From positions 9,835 through 73,834 of the forward strand of contig DASXEG010000134.1 in the NCBI GenBank assembly GCA_036490235.1: 64,000 nt of DNA. The letters are read 5' to 3'. Of the stretch, positions 40,286-50,497 are shown in pieces (position 1 is the stretch's first letter; each line of letters opens with the position of its first letter). The notes under the pieces were generated by a model that was not told the DNA's origin, did not search any database, and was given only the letters and a program-made list of their open reading frames with translations. Source of the DNA: Candidatus Sulfotelmatobacter sp. (lineage in GTDB: Bacteria; Acidobacteriota; Terriglobia; Terriglobales; Acidobacteriaceae). The translations under genes and the position numbers were made by a program.

Positions 40286-41053
40286 TCAGCATGCTTCGAT
40301 CTTCAGTTCATCGAGTTCCAGAAATTCCTGCACGATAGGCTCAGTCGATTTTTCCATTTCGGCGTAGGTGCCAAAGAAAATGGCTTTGCCTTCGTACAAA
40401 AACACCACGCGGTCGGCAAGCTTCTCCGCCAGACGCATGTCATGGGTAACTACGATGCTGGTCAGGCTGAGTTGCAGCTTGAGGCGCTTAATCAGATCGC
40501 CGAGCAATTGCGCCATCAGCGGGTCGACCATGGTCGTGGGTTCGTCGTAAAGAATGCACTCGGGGCGCGCGGCCAACGCGCGAGCAATGGCAACGGAGCG
40601 CTTCATTCCTGTAGAAAGATCAGACGGCAAAAGATCGCGCATTTCTTTGACGCCCACCATTTGAAGGAGCCCATCCACAATCTGATAAATCTGCTCTTCC
40701 GATAGATTCCGCGCTTCGCGCAAAGGAAAGGCCACGTTTTCACCAACGGTGAGCGAATCGAAAAGCGCGCCGTTCTGAAATACCATCGTTACTTTCTTTC
40801 GAATCGCTTCCATTTGCTCCTGCGTGAAATCCGTTATGTCTTCCTCGGCAACGACCACCCGGCCGGAATCGGCCTTGAGAAATCCCATCAGAATCTGCAG
40901 GGAAACCGATTTGCCCACGCCGCTCCGGCCCAATATGCAGACCGTTTCCGCAGGCATGACGTTGAAGCTCACTCGGTCAAGAACCTTCTTGTCCCCGAAC
41001 GCCTTGGAAACTTCGCGGAACTCGATGTAGGGATGAATCTGAGAATCGGGCAT
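40286..41053 (-). CDS. ABC transporter ATP-binding protein (MlaF-like)
   Basis: IEFREVSKAFGDKKVL is present. Walker A is GRSGVGKS, the signature is LSTGMKRSVAIARAL, and Walker B is ILYDEPT. Confidence 0.85.
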   Translation of the reverse strand: MPDSQIHPYIEFREVSKAFGDKKVLDRVSFNVMPAETVCILGRSGVGKSVSLQILMGFLKADSGRVVVAEEDITDFTQEQMEAIRKKVTMVFQNGALFDSLTVGENVAFPLREARNLSEEQIYQIVDGLLQMVGVKEMRDLLPSDLSTGMKRSVAIARALAARPECILYDEPTTMVDPLMAQLLGDLIKRLKLQLSLTSIVVTHDMRLAEKLADRVVFLYEGKAIFFGTYAEMEKSTEPIVQEFLELDELKIEAC

Positions 41054-41084
41054 TCGTTTGAGCTCTCAAGTAAAGAACGATGTT

Positions 41085-41699
41085 CTAACTTATTTTCTCC
41101 TCTGCTAGCTCCAGGAACTCTTGCGGTGTATTTAAATTGTGGAACATGGAGGATACGAATTCAGCTTTCTTCAGTTCCTCGTCTTCGATTGTCAACGTCT
41201 CCGTCTGTGCGAACAGAGGGTCAATCTTATTCCGGCCTAGCTTGAGGACATCTTCGGCAAGTACCGCGAAGGCGGGGCGATAAACGGCGCAAAGCGGGTA
41301 CCAACGGCCGCCCGCGCGAGGCACGGTTACAGTCGCCGTCGAGCTCCGCGCTCGATCAACCAGATACCGCAGGAATTTCGGCGAAAGCAGCGGCATGTCG
41401 ACCGCAATCATAAGGTTCAGGTCCGCCGAGGACGAACGCAACGCCGCGTGAATGCCTGCAAGCGGTCCCTGGCCCGGAAATACATCTTCTATCACTGGAC
41501 TATAGCGTTCGAACTTCTCCCGGCTCCCTACGACGAATACGTCCGGCGTGAGCAATCGGGCCAACTCCAGCGCGTGCGAGAGCAGCGTTCTGCCTCCATG
41601 TTCCAGAAATGCCTTGTCCGTTCCCATGCGACTGCTCTTACCACCGGCCAGAATGAACGCAGCCAAATCGCTCCGACCCGCCATGCGGCGATCATACAC
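41085..41699 (-). CDS. mobA: Molybdenum cofactor guanylyltransferase MobA
   Basis: AFILAGGKSSRMGTDKAFL and MIAVDMPLL are MobA motifs. Confidence 0.8.
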   Translation of the reverse strand: MYDRRMAGRSDLAAFILAGGKSSRMGTDKAFLEHGGRTLLSHALELARLLTPDVFVVGSREKFERYSPVIEDVFPGQGPLAGIHAALRSSSADLNLMIAVDMPLLSPKFLRYLVDRARSSTATVTVPRAGGRWYPLCAVYRPAFAVLAEDVLKLGRNKIDPLFAQTETLTIEDEELKKAEFVSSMFHNLNTPQEFLELAEEKIS

Positions 41700-41897
41700 T
41701 CTACCCCGTCCAAAGCCTGCAAGCGACCTAACAGTTCTGTGGAGCTTCTGGCAAACAAAGCCGGTAGCAATGTGACTCTAAGAATGCCCCTCCCCTGACA
41801 CAAAAGTAACCTATCCAAGAAATCCTATCCGGGAGATGATGAACCTGCCCTCAGACGCTCTCCTGGGTGCACCGAGGTTGTCCGGAAGTCATTCATC

Positions 41898-42452
41898 ATG
41901 CCGCAGAAAATAATGGAAGTTCTTATGCTTGGGCATTGCTCCCACGAGTTTTCCTGGCCCCGGCGTGGTTCTGATGGGGATTACTATCAGATTTGCCTGC
42001 TTTGCGCAGCGGAATATAAGTACGACTGGGCGACCATGCGGCGCACGGAGCGGGTAAAGCATGCTCAGCCGGAAACGGGCATCCGCCGCGCCCACACGCG
42101 CGAAAAACGGCCAAAATGGATTCCTCGCGCACGCAGGCTGAAGCTCGATCTGCCCTTGCGCTATCGCGTAAACAACACCAGCATCTGGTATGAAGGCGTA
42201 ATCGACAATCTCAGCCAGACAGGAATCCTCTTCAACGGACCTCAGCCACTACCCGTCAACGCTCTAGTTGAAATGGTGTTCGAGATGCCAGAAGAGATTT
42301 CCGGCCAAAAGAACCGGAGCGTGCTGTGCCAGGGTCGAATTATCCGCGCGAAAGATACAGACAAGCTTGCCAAGGAAAAACCGCAGCAAGAAACGGAGAC
42401 TGCGACGAGTTTCCTGGCCGCTTCAATCGTGGACTACAAGTTCATCCGCTAG
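41898..42452 (+). CDS. PilZ-domain protein with N-terminal Cys cluster
   Basis: RARRLKLDLPLRY...DNLSQTGILF is the PilZ RxxxR / D.S.xG signature. The N-terminus has C-x20-CxxC (CSHEF...ICLLC). The start is uncertain. Confidence 0.65.
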   Translation: MPQKIMEVLMLGHCSHEFSWPRRGSDGDYYQICLLCAAEYKYDWATMRRTERVKHAQPETGIRRAHTREKRPKWIPRARRLKLDLPLRYRVNNTSIWYEGVIDNLSQTGILFNGPQPLPVNALVEMVFEMPEEISGQKNRSVLCQGRIIRAKDTDKLAKEKPQQETETATSFLAASIVDYKFIR

Positions 42453-42965
42453 GTTCGCAACGAACTCCTCAGCATTTCTTACTGATCTGCTACACAGAAG
42501 TGCAATTCGTCTTCTGCAGTTTCGGTATTCCGAACAGGTACATCCACTTTCTTGTCATTCCATAGGGCACAGGTTGCCGGCCGCCGAAGATTCTATGTTC
42601 AAGAAAACCTTAACAGTTCTCCAATTCCTCTGGATTTCCTTGTTCTGACTCCGTAACGATCTGCATTTTGTTTTCACAACCAACCGGAATTGCGCTACAA
42701 AACGCAGCACTGACTTCGGACCACCTGCACCTTTGACGTCCGGATTCTTTGTCGAGTCCCCGCGCCAGTTCATTAGTCGGGTTCTGTGGCCCACGTCTAA
42801 ATGAGGAAAACTGTGCTCCGCTCCAGACACGCTCGTCTGCAGACGGGAAGCGAACTTCTGTTTCCCAACCCTTGCCCCGGGGATCGACTCGCTCGGGCGC
42901 TTTCCGCAAGAGCTAAGTAGAAAGACTCAGACAACCCTGTAAAAACTTGTCTCTAAGGAGGCGTT

Positions 42966-44387
42966 GTGATGAAGGCATCTGCAGTCGCATGTGGTCTTGT
43001 GTCAATTCTGATGTTCGTCGCTCCCTTCGCAGTCGCTCAGACTGATCCGGGAGTGCAAAGCGGTAATCGCGGCACCGGAGCAGCACTCTCCTCGGTGTTG
43101 TCTAACAGCCCTTCAGGGATTCTCTCGTTCTTTACCGACGGTCAGGCCCGCTTTCAAGAAGTGGAATCTGTTTCTGGCGGTGCCAATAATGGCCTGGGAC
43201 CACGATTCAACTCAAACAGCTGTAGTTCGTGCCACGCTCAACCAGCGGTCGGCGGCTCAGGAGCTGCCACCAACCCAGAGTTTTCATTTCCCACCAACGG
43301 GGTCGCACCTGGAAACACAGTCCCATCTTTCATTACCGCCACCGGGCCAACACGTGAGGCGCGGTTTCCTTTTTTCTTTAACAGCAATGGAACCGTGAAC
43401 ACGAACTCGCCCAATGGCGGGGTGGAAGATCTGTACACCGTTACCGGCCGTTCCGATGCTGGCACCTGCAACAGCGCCACTACATTGCCGCAACCAAGTT
43501 TTTCTACCGCTGTAGCGGAGAATAACGTGATCTTCCGCATTCCGACACCAACTTTCGGAACGGGATTGATCGAGAACCTTGACGATTCGACCCTGCTGGA
43601 TAATCAACTCGTCAATCTGAATAACGGATTTGGAATTGGAGGAACGTTCAACCACAACGGCAACGATGGCACGATCAGCCGCTTTGGCTGGAAGGCACAG
43701 AACAAGTCGCTGCACATCTTCTCGGGCGAAGCGTACAACGTGGAAATGGGCATCAGCAATCTGCTGTTCCCACAAGATCGCCCCCTGCCCGGCGAAGACC
43801 AACAACAGACCGGCCTGCCCTCGAGCTGCTTAAATCTGAGCGGCAGCGGTTATCCCGAAGACAGCTCCAATCCGGCGGCAACGCCGAATTCCGCCGTCCT
43901 GGATGACGTTTCAGCGTTCGCCAACTTCATGCGAACCCTCGCGCCGCCACCTACAGGCGGAGTTGTGCTCAATGGACAGAGCGTCAGCTCTAGTACAATT
44001 TCGGCTGGCGCATCGTTGTTTTCTTCCATCGGCTGCGCGACTTGTCACAACTCGAATCCCGGCAAGACGCAGGTATCGAATTTCACCAGTTCACTTAGCC
44101 AAGTGTCCGTGCCCGCCTACTCCGATATCGAAATCCACCATATGGGCACCGGGCTTACGGACAATGTTTCGCAAGGCGGCGCGGGCGGCGACCAGTTCCG
44201 CACTGCTCCTCTCTGGGGCCTCGGGCAGCGAATCTTCCTGCTGCACGACGGCCGCACCACCAATCTGATCACGGCAATTCAGGACCACGCCAGCCGCGGC
44301 AGCGAGGCTAGCACGGTGGAACAGGAGTTCTTCGAACTCAACTCCACCCAGCAGCAGGAAATTCTGGACTTCCTGCGGTCGCTGTAA
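42966..44387 (+). CDS. DUF1111-family di-haem cytochrome c (putative peroxidase/thiol oxidoreductase)
   Basis: There is a signal peptide, two CxxCH haem motifs (CSSCH, CATCH), and an RFGWKAQ motif typical of DUF1111. Confidence 0.75.
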   Translation: MMKASAVACGLVSILMFVAPFAVAQTDPGVQSGNRGTGAALSSVLSNSPSGILSFFTDGQARFQEVESVSGGANNGLGPRFNSNSCSSCHAQPAVGGSGAATNPEFSFPTNGVAPGNTVPSFITATGPTREARFPFFFNSNGTVNTNSPNGGVEDLYTVTGRSDAGTCNSATTLPQPSFSTAVAENNVIFRIPTPTFGTGLIENLDDSTLLDNQLVNLNNGFGIGGTFNHNGNDGTISRFGWKAQNKSLHIFSGEAYNVEMGISNLLFPQDRPLPGEDQQQTGLPSSCLNLSGSGYPEDSSNPAATPNSAVLDDVSAFANFMRTLAPPPTGGVVLNGQSVSSSTISAGASLFSSIGCATCHNSNPGKTQVSNFTSSLSQVSVPAYSDIEIHHMGTGLTDNVSQGGAGGDQFRTAPLWGLGQRIFLLHDGRTTNLITAIQDHASRGSEASTVEQEFFELNSTQQQEILDFLRSL

Positions 44388-44469
44388 ATCGGGTGAGTAT
44401 CCGGCGGGACGCGGTGTGCATCCCGCCGGATGCTCGACTCGCTTGAGCCTTCATTCGCGGAGAAGAATC

Positions 44470-45483
44470 ATGCGCTCTTCGTTCTGTGGAATTCTGTTGC
44501 TTGTATTGTCGACGACGCTTCCTCTGTCGAGCCAGATCAAGCCGCAGGCCGTGCCTAACGGCGGCGATTTCTCGAATAACGTCACCGGCAGCAAAGTGCC
44601 TCAAGGCGTGATTCTTGTGAAAGGCGCGTGGTCAAGCGCCAGCGACTCCACAACACCGGTTCCGGAAGGGGGAAGCGTAGCCAACGGTGCATTTGCCAAC
44701 CCGTACTTCGGGATGAGCTATACCCTGCCCCCGGATTGGACGGAGAAATACGAAGGTCCGCCACCTTCCGAAACGGGCCGCTATGTGCTCGCCCAACTGG
44801 GTCCAGCGGATACGTACAGGGGATCGAGCCGCGGCTTGATCTTGATTACCGCCCAGGATATGTTCTTCAATCCGCTCCCCGCCTCCAACGCGGTGGAGTT
44901 GGTCAATTACTCGAAGAATCACCTGCAGGCCGATTACAAGGTTGAACTGCCACCCTCGCAGACTACGATAGCCGGACGACCCTTCACTTTCTTCGCCTAT
45001 TGGTCCCCCATTGCCGAGCTGCATTGGTATGTGCTGACGACCGAGGCCCGGTGTCATACGCTGCAGATCATAATGTCCAGCCAGGACACCAAACTCCTGG
45101 AAAAACTGGTGCTGGACTTGAACAGGATGAAGCTGCCCGAGGATGCCGATCCAAAAACGGGCACCGGCGGCGGAAGTTCTCCTGCTTGCGTGAAGGACTA
45201 TGCGAATGACGAGAATCTGGTGACGCGCGTCGATCCCGTGTTCTCCGAACGCCGCTTTAACTCGGTTCCGGTGCGAATCATCATCGACGAGCAGGGCAAG
45301 GTAAAGCATATTCATTTTCTCAGCGCATTTCCGGAGCAATCCAAAGCGATCACAGATGCGCTAAAACAGTGGAAATTTAAACCTTATCTTCGCAACGGAA
45401 AACCGACTGAAGTTGAAACCGGAATCATGTTCGGCAGGCCCTCGTTCCCGCTCCGGCGCACGGAAAATAGCGCCACCGAATGA
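44470..45483 (+). CDS. Secreted hypothetical protein with TonB-C-like C-terminal domain
   Basis: The signal peptide is MRSSFCGILLLVLSTTLPLSSQ. The C-terminal VPVRIIIDEQGKVKHIHFLS...ALKQWKFKPYLRNGKPTEVETGIMF resembles the TonB C-terminal fold. Confidence 0.6.
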   Translation: MRSSFCGILLLVLSTTLPLSSQIKPQAVPNGGDFSNNVTGSKVPQGVILVKGAWSSASDSTTPVPEGGSVANGAFANPYFGMSYTLPPDWTEKYEGPPPSETGRYVLAQLGPADTYRGSSRGLILITAQDMFFNPLPASNAVELVNYSKNHLQADYKVELPPSQTTIAGRPFTFFAYWSPIAELHWYVLTTEARCHTLQIIMSSQDTKLLEKLVLDLNRMKLPEDADPKTGTGGGSSPACVKDYANDENLVTRVDPVFSERRFNSVPVRIIIDEQGKVKHIHFLSAFPEQSKAITDALKQWKFKPYLRNGKPTEVETGIMFGRPSFPLRRTENSATE

Positions 45484-45511
45484 CTGATTTTGCTGGAGAT
45501 TCGCGTGTGCG

Positions 45512-47464
45512 CTAATTCGGCTGCGGGTTCGTATTTTCCTGCAAAGGCGGTGCGGAAGGCTCTTTTCGCTTCTCTTCGGAGGCGACCGCAAACAGCATGT
45601 AATGATCGAAGCTGTGCCGCCGGTAGTAGCGGTGGTGGCGGAATTCAAAATAAATCTCCGCGGTCTTGGGCAGCCACAATTCCGTATTGTGGCTCTGGAA
45701 AGGAACCGCCCCGTATTCAACAATCTGATGTTCGCTGAGCAACTGAATCGGCTTCATTGGATTCACCAGTTCCGACTCAATCCTGACGATCTGAAATTTG
45801 TCCGCGGTGATCCAGGCGCGGCCTTTCAAGCGCACGGCGTACGTCTCCGACCCCACGCGGTAATCGTGAAGATTGGCCGGACGGTCATCGCGCTGATGAA
45901 AATAAACCAGCCAGGTCGGTTGCCCGTGCCAGTCGCTTAAACCTTCGCACTTCATGTCGAAGTTGCCGCGCATATCGGGGTGGAACACGAGTGCCAAAGC
46001 GGCAAAGCCCGTGCTTGCAATTTGATCGGGAAAGTCGCTCATGCCAAGATGCTCAGCGCGGTACTCCTCCACGGCCAGGGCGCCGGGGCTCGCCTCGGAG
46101 ATGGACGCTACATAATTAAAATCACGCGTCTGCCTGGTAATCGGGTTTCCGATTTCGTCCATTTGCTCGTGCAGAAGGTGCTCGAGGGCCGCAATACGTG
46201 ACACGTTATCCACCAATTCTTTGACGCGCTTGCCCGACTGTTCGATCACTTGATCGTAAGGACAAGTGACACCGGACGCGATCGAGAGATTGCTGTCATC
46301 GATCCCCGCTGGCTGCCATGGCCTCACGGAGAATGTGAGTTCCGGGGATGCCAAAAGAGGATCGACTCCCGCCAGTGAAGTATGCGCTGCCGAGGCGAGG
46401 GTTTCGCCAACTGAGACCCCCGACTCAGTTTCGAGCTGGGCAATGAGAGTTTTTACCTGCGGTGCCGTGGGACTCTTTGGTGAATCTATGAGATAGGCTT
46501 TGAGAGCCTGTATCCCCTCCTGACGCTGACCGAGATTAACCAGAGCCTGGCCGAGCACCAGCCGTCCCGATCCGGCGCCTTTGCTTTTTTCAATTGCCGT
46601 CTGGGCCTCGTGCCGTGCGTCATCATACTTCTTCTCTTTGAGATATGCTCCGGCCAACAAATCGTGTGCCATCCAATAATTGGAGTCAGCAGCGACGGCT
46701 TTTTCCAGAATGGTGCTGGCCTGCGGATAGTTTTCCTGCTGCAAATCGATGCGGCCCATCAAAGTCAGCGACTGCACGTCATGCGGATTCAGACTGGCCG
46801 CCAAGCCTAAATAGTTCTGAGCGTGGGGGAAATCTTTCCGCTGGTAGCTCAGATAGCCCATGAGAAAATTCAGATCGGGATTACCCGGCGCGAGCGTATA
46901 AGCGGCATCGAGCCATCGTTCCGCCTGCTTTAGGTTTCCCGACTTCAGGGCGGAAACACCGTGCTTGGTTTCCTTGCGCGCCTTGGGTGGCATCGCGGCC
47001 TGGGCAAATCCTAACTGAAACGCGGCTGGATCTTTTTTCAAGACGAAATCGAGGTTGACGGTGGCAGTTGCACTGACGACCTGGAGTTCCTTATGCTCCG
47101 TCAGATATCCGACGGCGCTGACTTCGATGTCGTAGTGCCCGAAAGGCATATCGCCAAAAAAGGCTTCTGACTTGTCGTCCGTTGTCATCCAGCGAACGGT
47201 GTTGGTGGTCTGATTGGTGAGTTTGATCACTGATTGCCGGTCGAGCAGGCTTCTATCATTTTCGGCGTACACTTTTAGCTGCAAGACAGTGCCACCGCCG
47301 CGGCTGTCGTAGCCCGGCGTGAGGTTCGTCGTCGAACCCATGGCATTAAAAGGATCATTGCCGAATCCCTGGGCAAAGAGACTGGGACCGCCAATCACAC
47401 CTGCAATTAACAGGGCAAAGAAGGGCCACGAACCACACACGGCCCGCGCACGCATACCGGCCAT
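45512..47464 (-). CDS. Secreted carboxypeptidase-regulatory-like plus TPR-repeat protein with unknown C-terminal domain
   Basis: A signal peptide is present. FGDMPFGHYDIEVSAVGY is a CarboxypepD_reg-like strand pattern. Several TPR-like repeats follow (AERWLDAAYTLAPGNPD, AQNYLGLAASLNPHD, ...). Confidence 0.65.
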   Translation of the reverse strand: MAGMRARAVCGSWPFFALLIAGVIGGPSLFAQGFGNDPFNAMGSTTNLTPGYDSRGGGTVLQLKVYAENDRSLLDRQSVIKLTNQTTNTVRWMTTDDKSEAFFGDMPFGHYDIEVSAVGYLTEHKELQVVSATATVNLDFVLKKDPAAFQLGFAQAAMPPKARKETKHGVSALKSGNLKQAERWLDAAYTLAPGNPDLNFLMGYLSYQRKDFPHAQNYLGLAASLNPHDVQSLTLMGRIDLQQENYPQASTILEKAVAADSNYWMAHDLLAGAYLKEKKYDDARHEAQTAIEKSKGAGSGRLVLGQALVNLGQRQEGIQALKAYLIDSPKSPTAPQVKTLIAQLETESGVSVGETLASAAHTSLAGVDPLLASPELTFSVRPWQPAGIDDSNLSIASGVTCPYDQVIEQSGKRVKELVDNVSRIAALEHLLHEQMDEIGNPITRQTRDFNYVASISEASPGALAVEEYRAEHLGMSDFPDQIASTGFAALALVFHPDMRGNFDMKCEGLSDWHGQPTWLVYFHQRDDRPANLHDYRVGSETYAVRLKGRAWITADKFQIVRIESELVNPMKPIQLLSEHQIVEYGAVPFQSHNTELWLPKTAEIYFEFRHHRYYRRHSFDHYMLFAVASEEKRKEPSAPPLQENTNPQPN

Positions 47465-47551
47465 AGTGGCCGAAGTGTCTCACAAGCCTGGAGGAGGGTC
47501 AATCCACCGTTCGGGGCGTATTCTCGTACAATAACTTGCTGCGACCAAAGT

Positions 47552-48055
47552 GTGACGCTTTTATCAACGGCGATGCCTCCAATCACCGCGCTCCTCCATA
47601 CCTCAAATGACGCTCGCAGGCTCGGCCGAGCACTGGAAACGCTTCTGCCCTGTGCTGACGTTTTGGTGGTGGACCATCACTCATTCGATCAGACCCCTCG
47701 CATTGCCGCTAGTTACGGCGCCCGGGTAATCTTAACGGACGATCACCACGCCGCTCGCTACCTGGATGTAGCCGAGCATGACTGGATTCTCTGCCTCGAC
47801 CCGTCCGAATCGATGACGGAGGGTCTGCAGGCAGCGCTGTTCGAATGGACCCTTCTTCTGGGTAATGCATTGCCCATTTCAAGCAGTTTCTGCATTCCTG
47901 TGCGGCGACAGGTGGGCGAAATCTGGCACACGCGAAGGGCGCTTGAAACACGCTTAATACCGCGAACCTGGAGCCGCTGGAACGGTAATTTTCCAGCGGA
48001 TGATCCGTCTTCCATTCCCTTGGACGGCGAATTATTGCGGTTGGATCTTCCTTAA
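47552..48055 (+). CDS. Short glycosyltransferase-family-2-like protein
   Basis: ITALLHTSNDARRLGRALETL...VLVVDHHSFDQTPRIAASYGARV resembles the N-terminal nucleotide-sugar-binding half of GT2 enzymes. At 167 aa it is short. Confidence 0.45.
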   Translation: MTLLSTAMPPITALLHTSNDARRLGRALETLLPCADVLVVDHHSFDQTPRIAASYGARVILTDDHHAARYLDVAEHDWILCLDPSESMTEGLQAALFEWTLLLGNALPISSSFCIPVRRQVGEIWHTRRALETRLIPRTWSRWNGNFPADDPSSIPLDGELLRLDLP

Positions 48056-48202
48056 ATCCACCCCGGGGGTGCGGCAACAAGGCATTCCTGTGCAATCCGA
48101 CCATTGACCTTCTGGGCAGTGACTTCGGTACCTTAGTTTGCCAAATCCAGCCGCCTTATAATCCAGTCAAGAGATCGCACAATCTGCGTTCTCAATTAAA
48201 GC

Positions 48203-49171
48203 GTGCGTGGGAAAAGAAGAGGCGCTGCGCCTTCTCACGAAACCAAACCCGTGGATCCTGTTTACGCATCATCGATTTTCTTTCTAGGGCTGTGTTTCGG
48301 CAGCTTCCTGAATGTGTGTATCTATCGGCTTCCCTTGGGTTTGTCCGTGATCTCACCCCGGTCAGCGTGTCCACAATGCAAGTATCAGATTGCGTTTTAC
48401 GACAATGTGCCGGTATTGAGTTGGCTGATTTTGCGCGGACGCTGCCGCCAATGTGAGGCGAGGATTTCTCCTCGGTATCTCTTCATCGAATTGCTTACTG
48501 GAGCCCTCTTTTTGGGTTGTTATGCCTATTTTGGATTAACGCTGGCGACTTTGAAGTATTGCGTTTTTGGATTTCTGCTGCTCGGCCTCATTTTCACTGA
48601 CGCGGAAACCAAGCTTCTTCCCGACAAGCTGACCCTTCCGGGACTGGCTTTGGGCGTGGCATTCAGCCTGTTTGTCCCGGTCAATGATCTCGCGTCGCAG
48701 TTTCTGCCGGGGGTGGTCAACCTGCCCTTCAGCGCGGAAATTGAGATGCGCCTGCTTTCTCTGGTCGATTCGCTCTCTGGCGCGGCTCTTGGAGCGTCTT
48801 TCATTTATGGCGCGGGAGCTGTCTATCTTCGCTGGCGAGGGACCGAAGGCATGGGTTTCGGGGACGTGAAGCTGATGGCCATGGTGGGAGCATTCCTTGG
48901 GATAAAACTCACGGTCTTCACAATTTTTACCGCTTCCATGGCGGGATCGATGTTTGGATTGGCCATGGTCGGAATCGTCTGGGCCAAGCGCACACGCCGC
49001 TTCATGCGGCGGCTCGCGGACAGTCAAGCTGCGCGCCGAAGGGGATGGCAATCGGCGCAGATGGTGTACCGCCATTATCAAATGCCCTTTGGAGTATTTC
49101 TTGGCAGCATGGCGCTATTGGCGCTGTTTGCCGGCAATTATTTCTTCCAGTGGTACGGAAGGTTTTGGTGA
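48203..49171 (+). CDS. pilD: Prepilin peptidase (A24 family)
   Basis: FGSFLNVCIYRLP is present. The zinc motif is CPQC...GRCRQC. Also present are ISPRYLFIELLTG and the catalytic GFGDVKLMAMVGAFLG. The start is uncertain (GTG 48203). Confidence 0.88.
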   Translation: MRGKRRGAAPSHETKPVDPVYASSIFFLGLCFGSFLNVCIYRLPLGLSVISPRSACPQCKYQIAFYDNVPVLSWLILRGRCRQCEARISPRYLFIELLTGALFLGCYAYFGLTLATLKYCVFGFLLLGLIFTDAETKLLPDKLTLPGLALGVAFSLFVPVNDLASQFLPGVVNLPFSAEIEMRLLSLVDSLSGAALGASFIYGAGAVYLRWRGTEGMGFGDVKLMAMVGAFLGIKLTVFTIFTASMAGSMFGLAMVGIVWAKRTRRFMRRLADSQAARRRGWQSAQMVYRHYQMPFGVFLGSMALLALFAGNYFFQWYGRFW

Positions 49172-49252
49172 TCGTCAAGTCTCAAGGCATGAAAGACGAT
49201 AGATACAGATAGGCAAGCCAAGCGGCTTAGACCAAATCGTCATTATTGGAGG

Positions 49253-49864
49253 ATGAAATCTATGAAGCGTATTTCGATCGTATTCGCACTCGTCACTCTG
49301 CTGGCCGTTTCTGCGGTGGCACAGAATTCGACTACTGGCACAGACCAATCCTCTCTCGCAGACTACGCCCGCAAAGTCCGCAAAGATCCCACATCCAAGG
49401 CCAAGCCCAAGGTCTACGATAACGACAATCTTCCGACCGAAGACAAACTATCCGTGGTGGGAGCTCCAGCAACTGCGGACGCCCAGACTAATGCTGGCAA
49501 GCCTGGCAGTGACGGTCAAGCGAAGGACGATCAGGCGAAGAATGAGCAGGAATGGAAAGATTGGCAGGACAAGATGACTACGCAGAAAAGCGACATCGAT
49601 TTAGCCTCGCGTGAACTGGACGTGTTGCAGAAAGAGTATCAACTGCGAGCCGCTGCCATGTACGCAGATGCCGGCAATCGTTTGCGCAACTCTGGAGACT
49701 GGGATAAGCAAGACGCGGATTACAAACAAAAGATTGCCGACAAACAAAAGGCTGTCGACGATGCCAAGCAAAAGCTGGATGATATGCAGGAACAGGCCCG
49801 CAAGGATGGCGTTCCGGCGTCCGTGCGAGAGCAAACTGCCCCAAGCAACAACTCCGAGCAGTAG
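49253..49864 (+). CDS. Secreted coiled-coil hypothetical protein
   Basis: The signal peptide is MKSMKRISIVFALVTLLAVSAVAQ. The remainder is charged K/D/Q-rich heptad-like sequence. Confidence 0.6.
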   Translation: MKSMKRISIVFALVTLLAVSAVAQNSTTGTDQSSLADYARKVRKDPTSKAKPKVYDNDNLPTEDKLSVVGAPATADAQTNAGKPGSDGQAKDDQAKNEQEWKDWQDKMTTQKSDIDLASRELDVLQKEYQLRAAAMYADAGNRLRNSGDWDKQDADYKQKIADKQKAVDDAKQKLDDMQEQARKDGVPASVREQTAPSNNSEQ

Positions 49865-49897
49865 AGGAGAACTTTCACGGGGATCTCAACCGGTTGT

Positions 49898-50416
49898 CTA
49901 CAAAGTGCCTGGTCTTGCTGTCTGCTGACGTAAACGCGCGATTTGTTTGGCATGGTGCCGGCCGTGAATCAGGTGAAATCTGCGCCACCGTTTGGCCGTC
50001 AGCGGACCAAGCATCGGGTGATCGAGTAGTTTGCGCGAACCGAAACGCCGTTCGCATTCTGCGATGATTCCATCCATGGCGGCAATTTTCCCGTAAATCT
50101 CTGTTCTGATCGTCTCAGCTGCCAAACCTCTTGGCATCGTTTGCGGCGGGGCTTTTCTGCCAGCCGGCAGATAGTTGAAGCTAAAAACAACCAAGGCCTG
50201 GACACGATTCTTCATGGATGCGCGAGTCGCGAGAGGCCTTCCCGCCGCAAGCACGCGTTCGAATCCCTTTATGGTTCCCGTATAAGTCAGGTAAAGATGT
50301 TCCAAAACCTCCCCGGCCGACCACTTGCCAGCAGGACACCATTGCAATTGCTCTTCGGACATCCCTTCTATCGTGGTTCGTAACGTTTTCAGCAGAGTCT
50401 CAAGGTCGGAATCCAT
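49898..50416 (-). CDS. DinB-superfamily (DUF1569-like) protein
   Basis: WSAGEVLEHL and a C-terminal WRRFHLIHGRHHAKQI match the DinB/DUF1569 four-helix-bundle His pattern. Confidence 0.6.
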   Translation of the reverse strand: MDSDLETLLKTLRTTIEGMSEEQLQWCPAGKWSAGEVLEHLYLTYTGTIKGFERVLAAGRPLATRASMKNRVQALVVFSFNYLPAGRKAPPQTMPRGLAAETIRTEIYGKIAAMDGIIAECERRFGSRKLLDHPMLGPLTAKRWRRFHLIHGRHHAKQIARLRQQTARPGTL

Positions 50417-50497
50417 ACAGTTAGTGTCGTCTTGTCGTTCGCTTCAGGTAGAATGAGCGGTCGAATCCATCATCCCATTATTTCCAGGTAGGGTGCC

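Noticed and set aside
3912-49081. Many long antisense or off-frame ORFs inside confident genes (for example 3912..4403-, 9369..9980-, 16253..16783-, 17997..18533-, 22678..23523+, 31725..32396-, 36135..36650-, 38199..38912-, 44632..45339-, 48536..49081-)
   Set aside because: These are typical shadow ORFs of GC-rich coding DNA. They are Arg/Ser/Pro/Gly-rich, lack motifs, and are fully nested in genes with clear family signatures.
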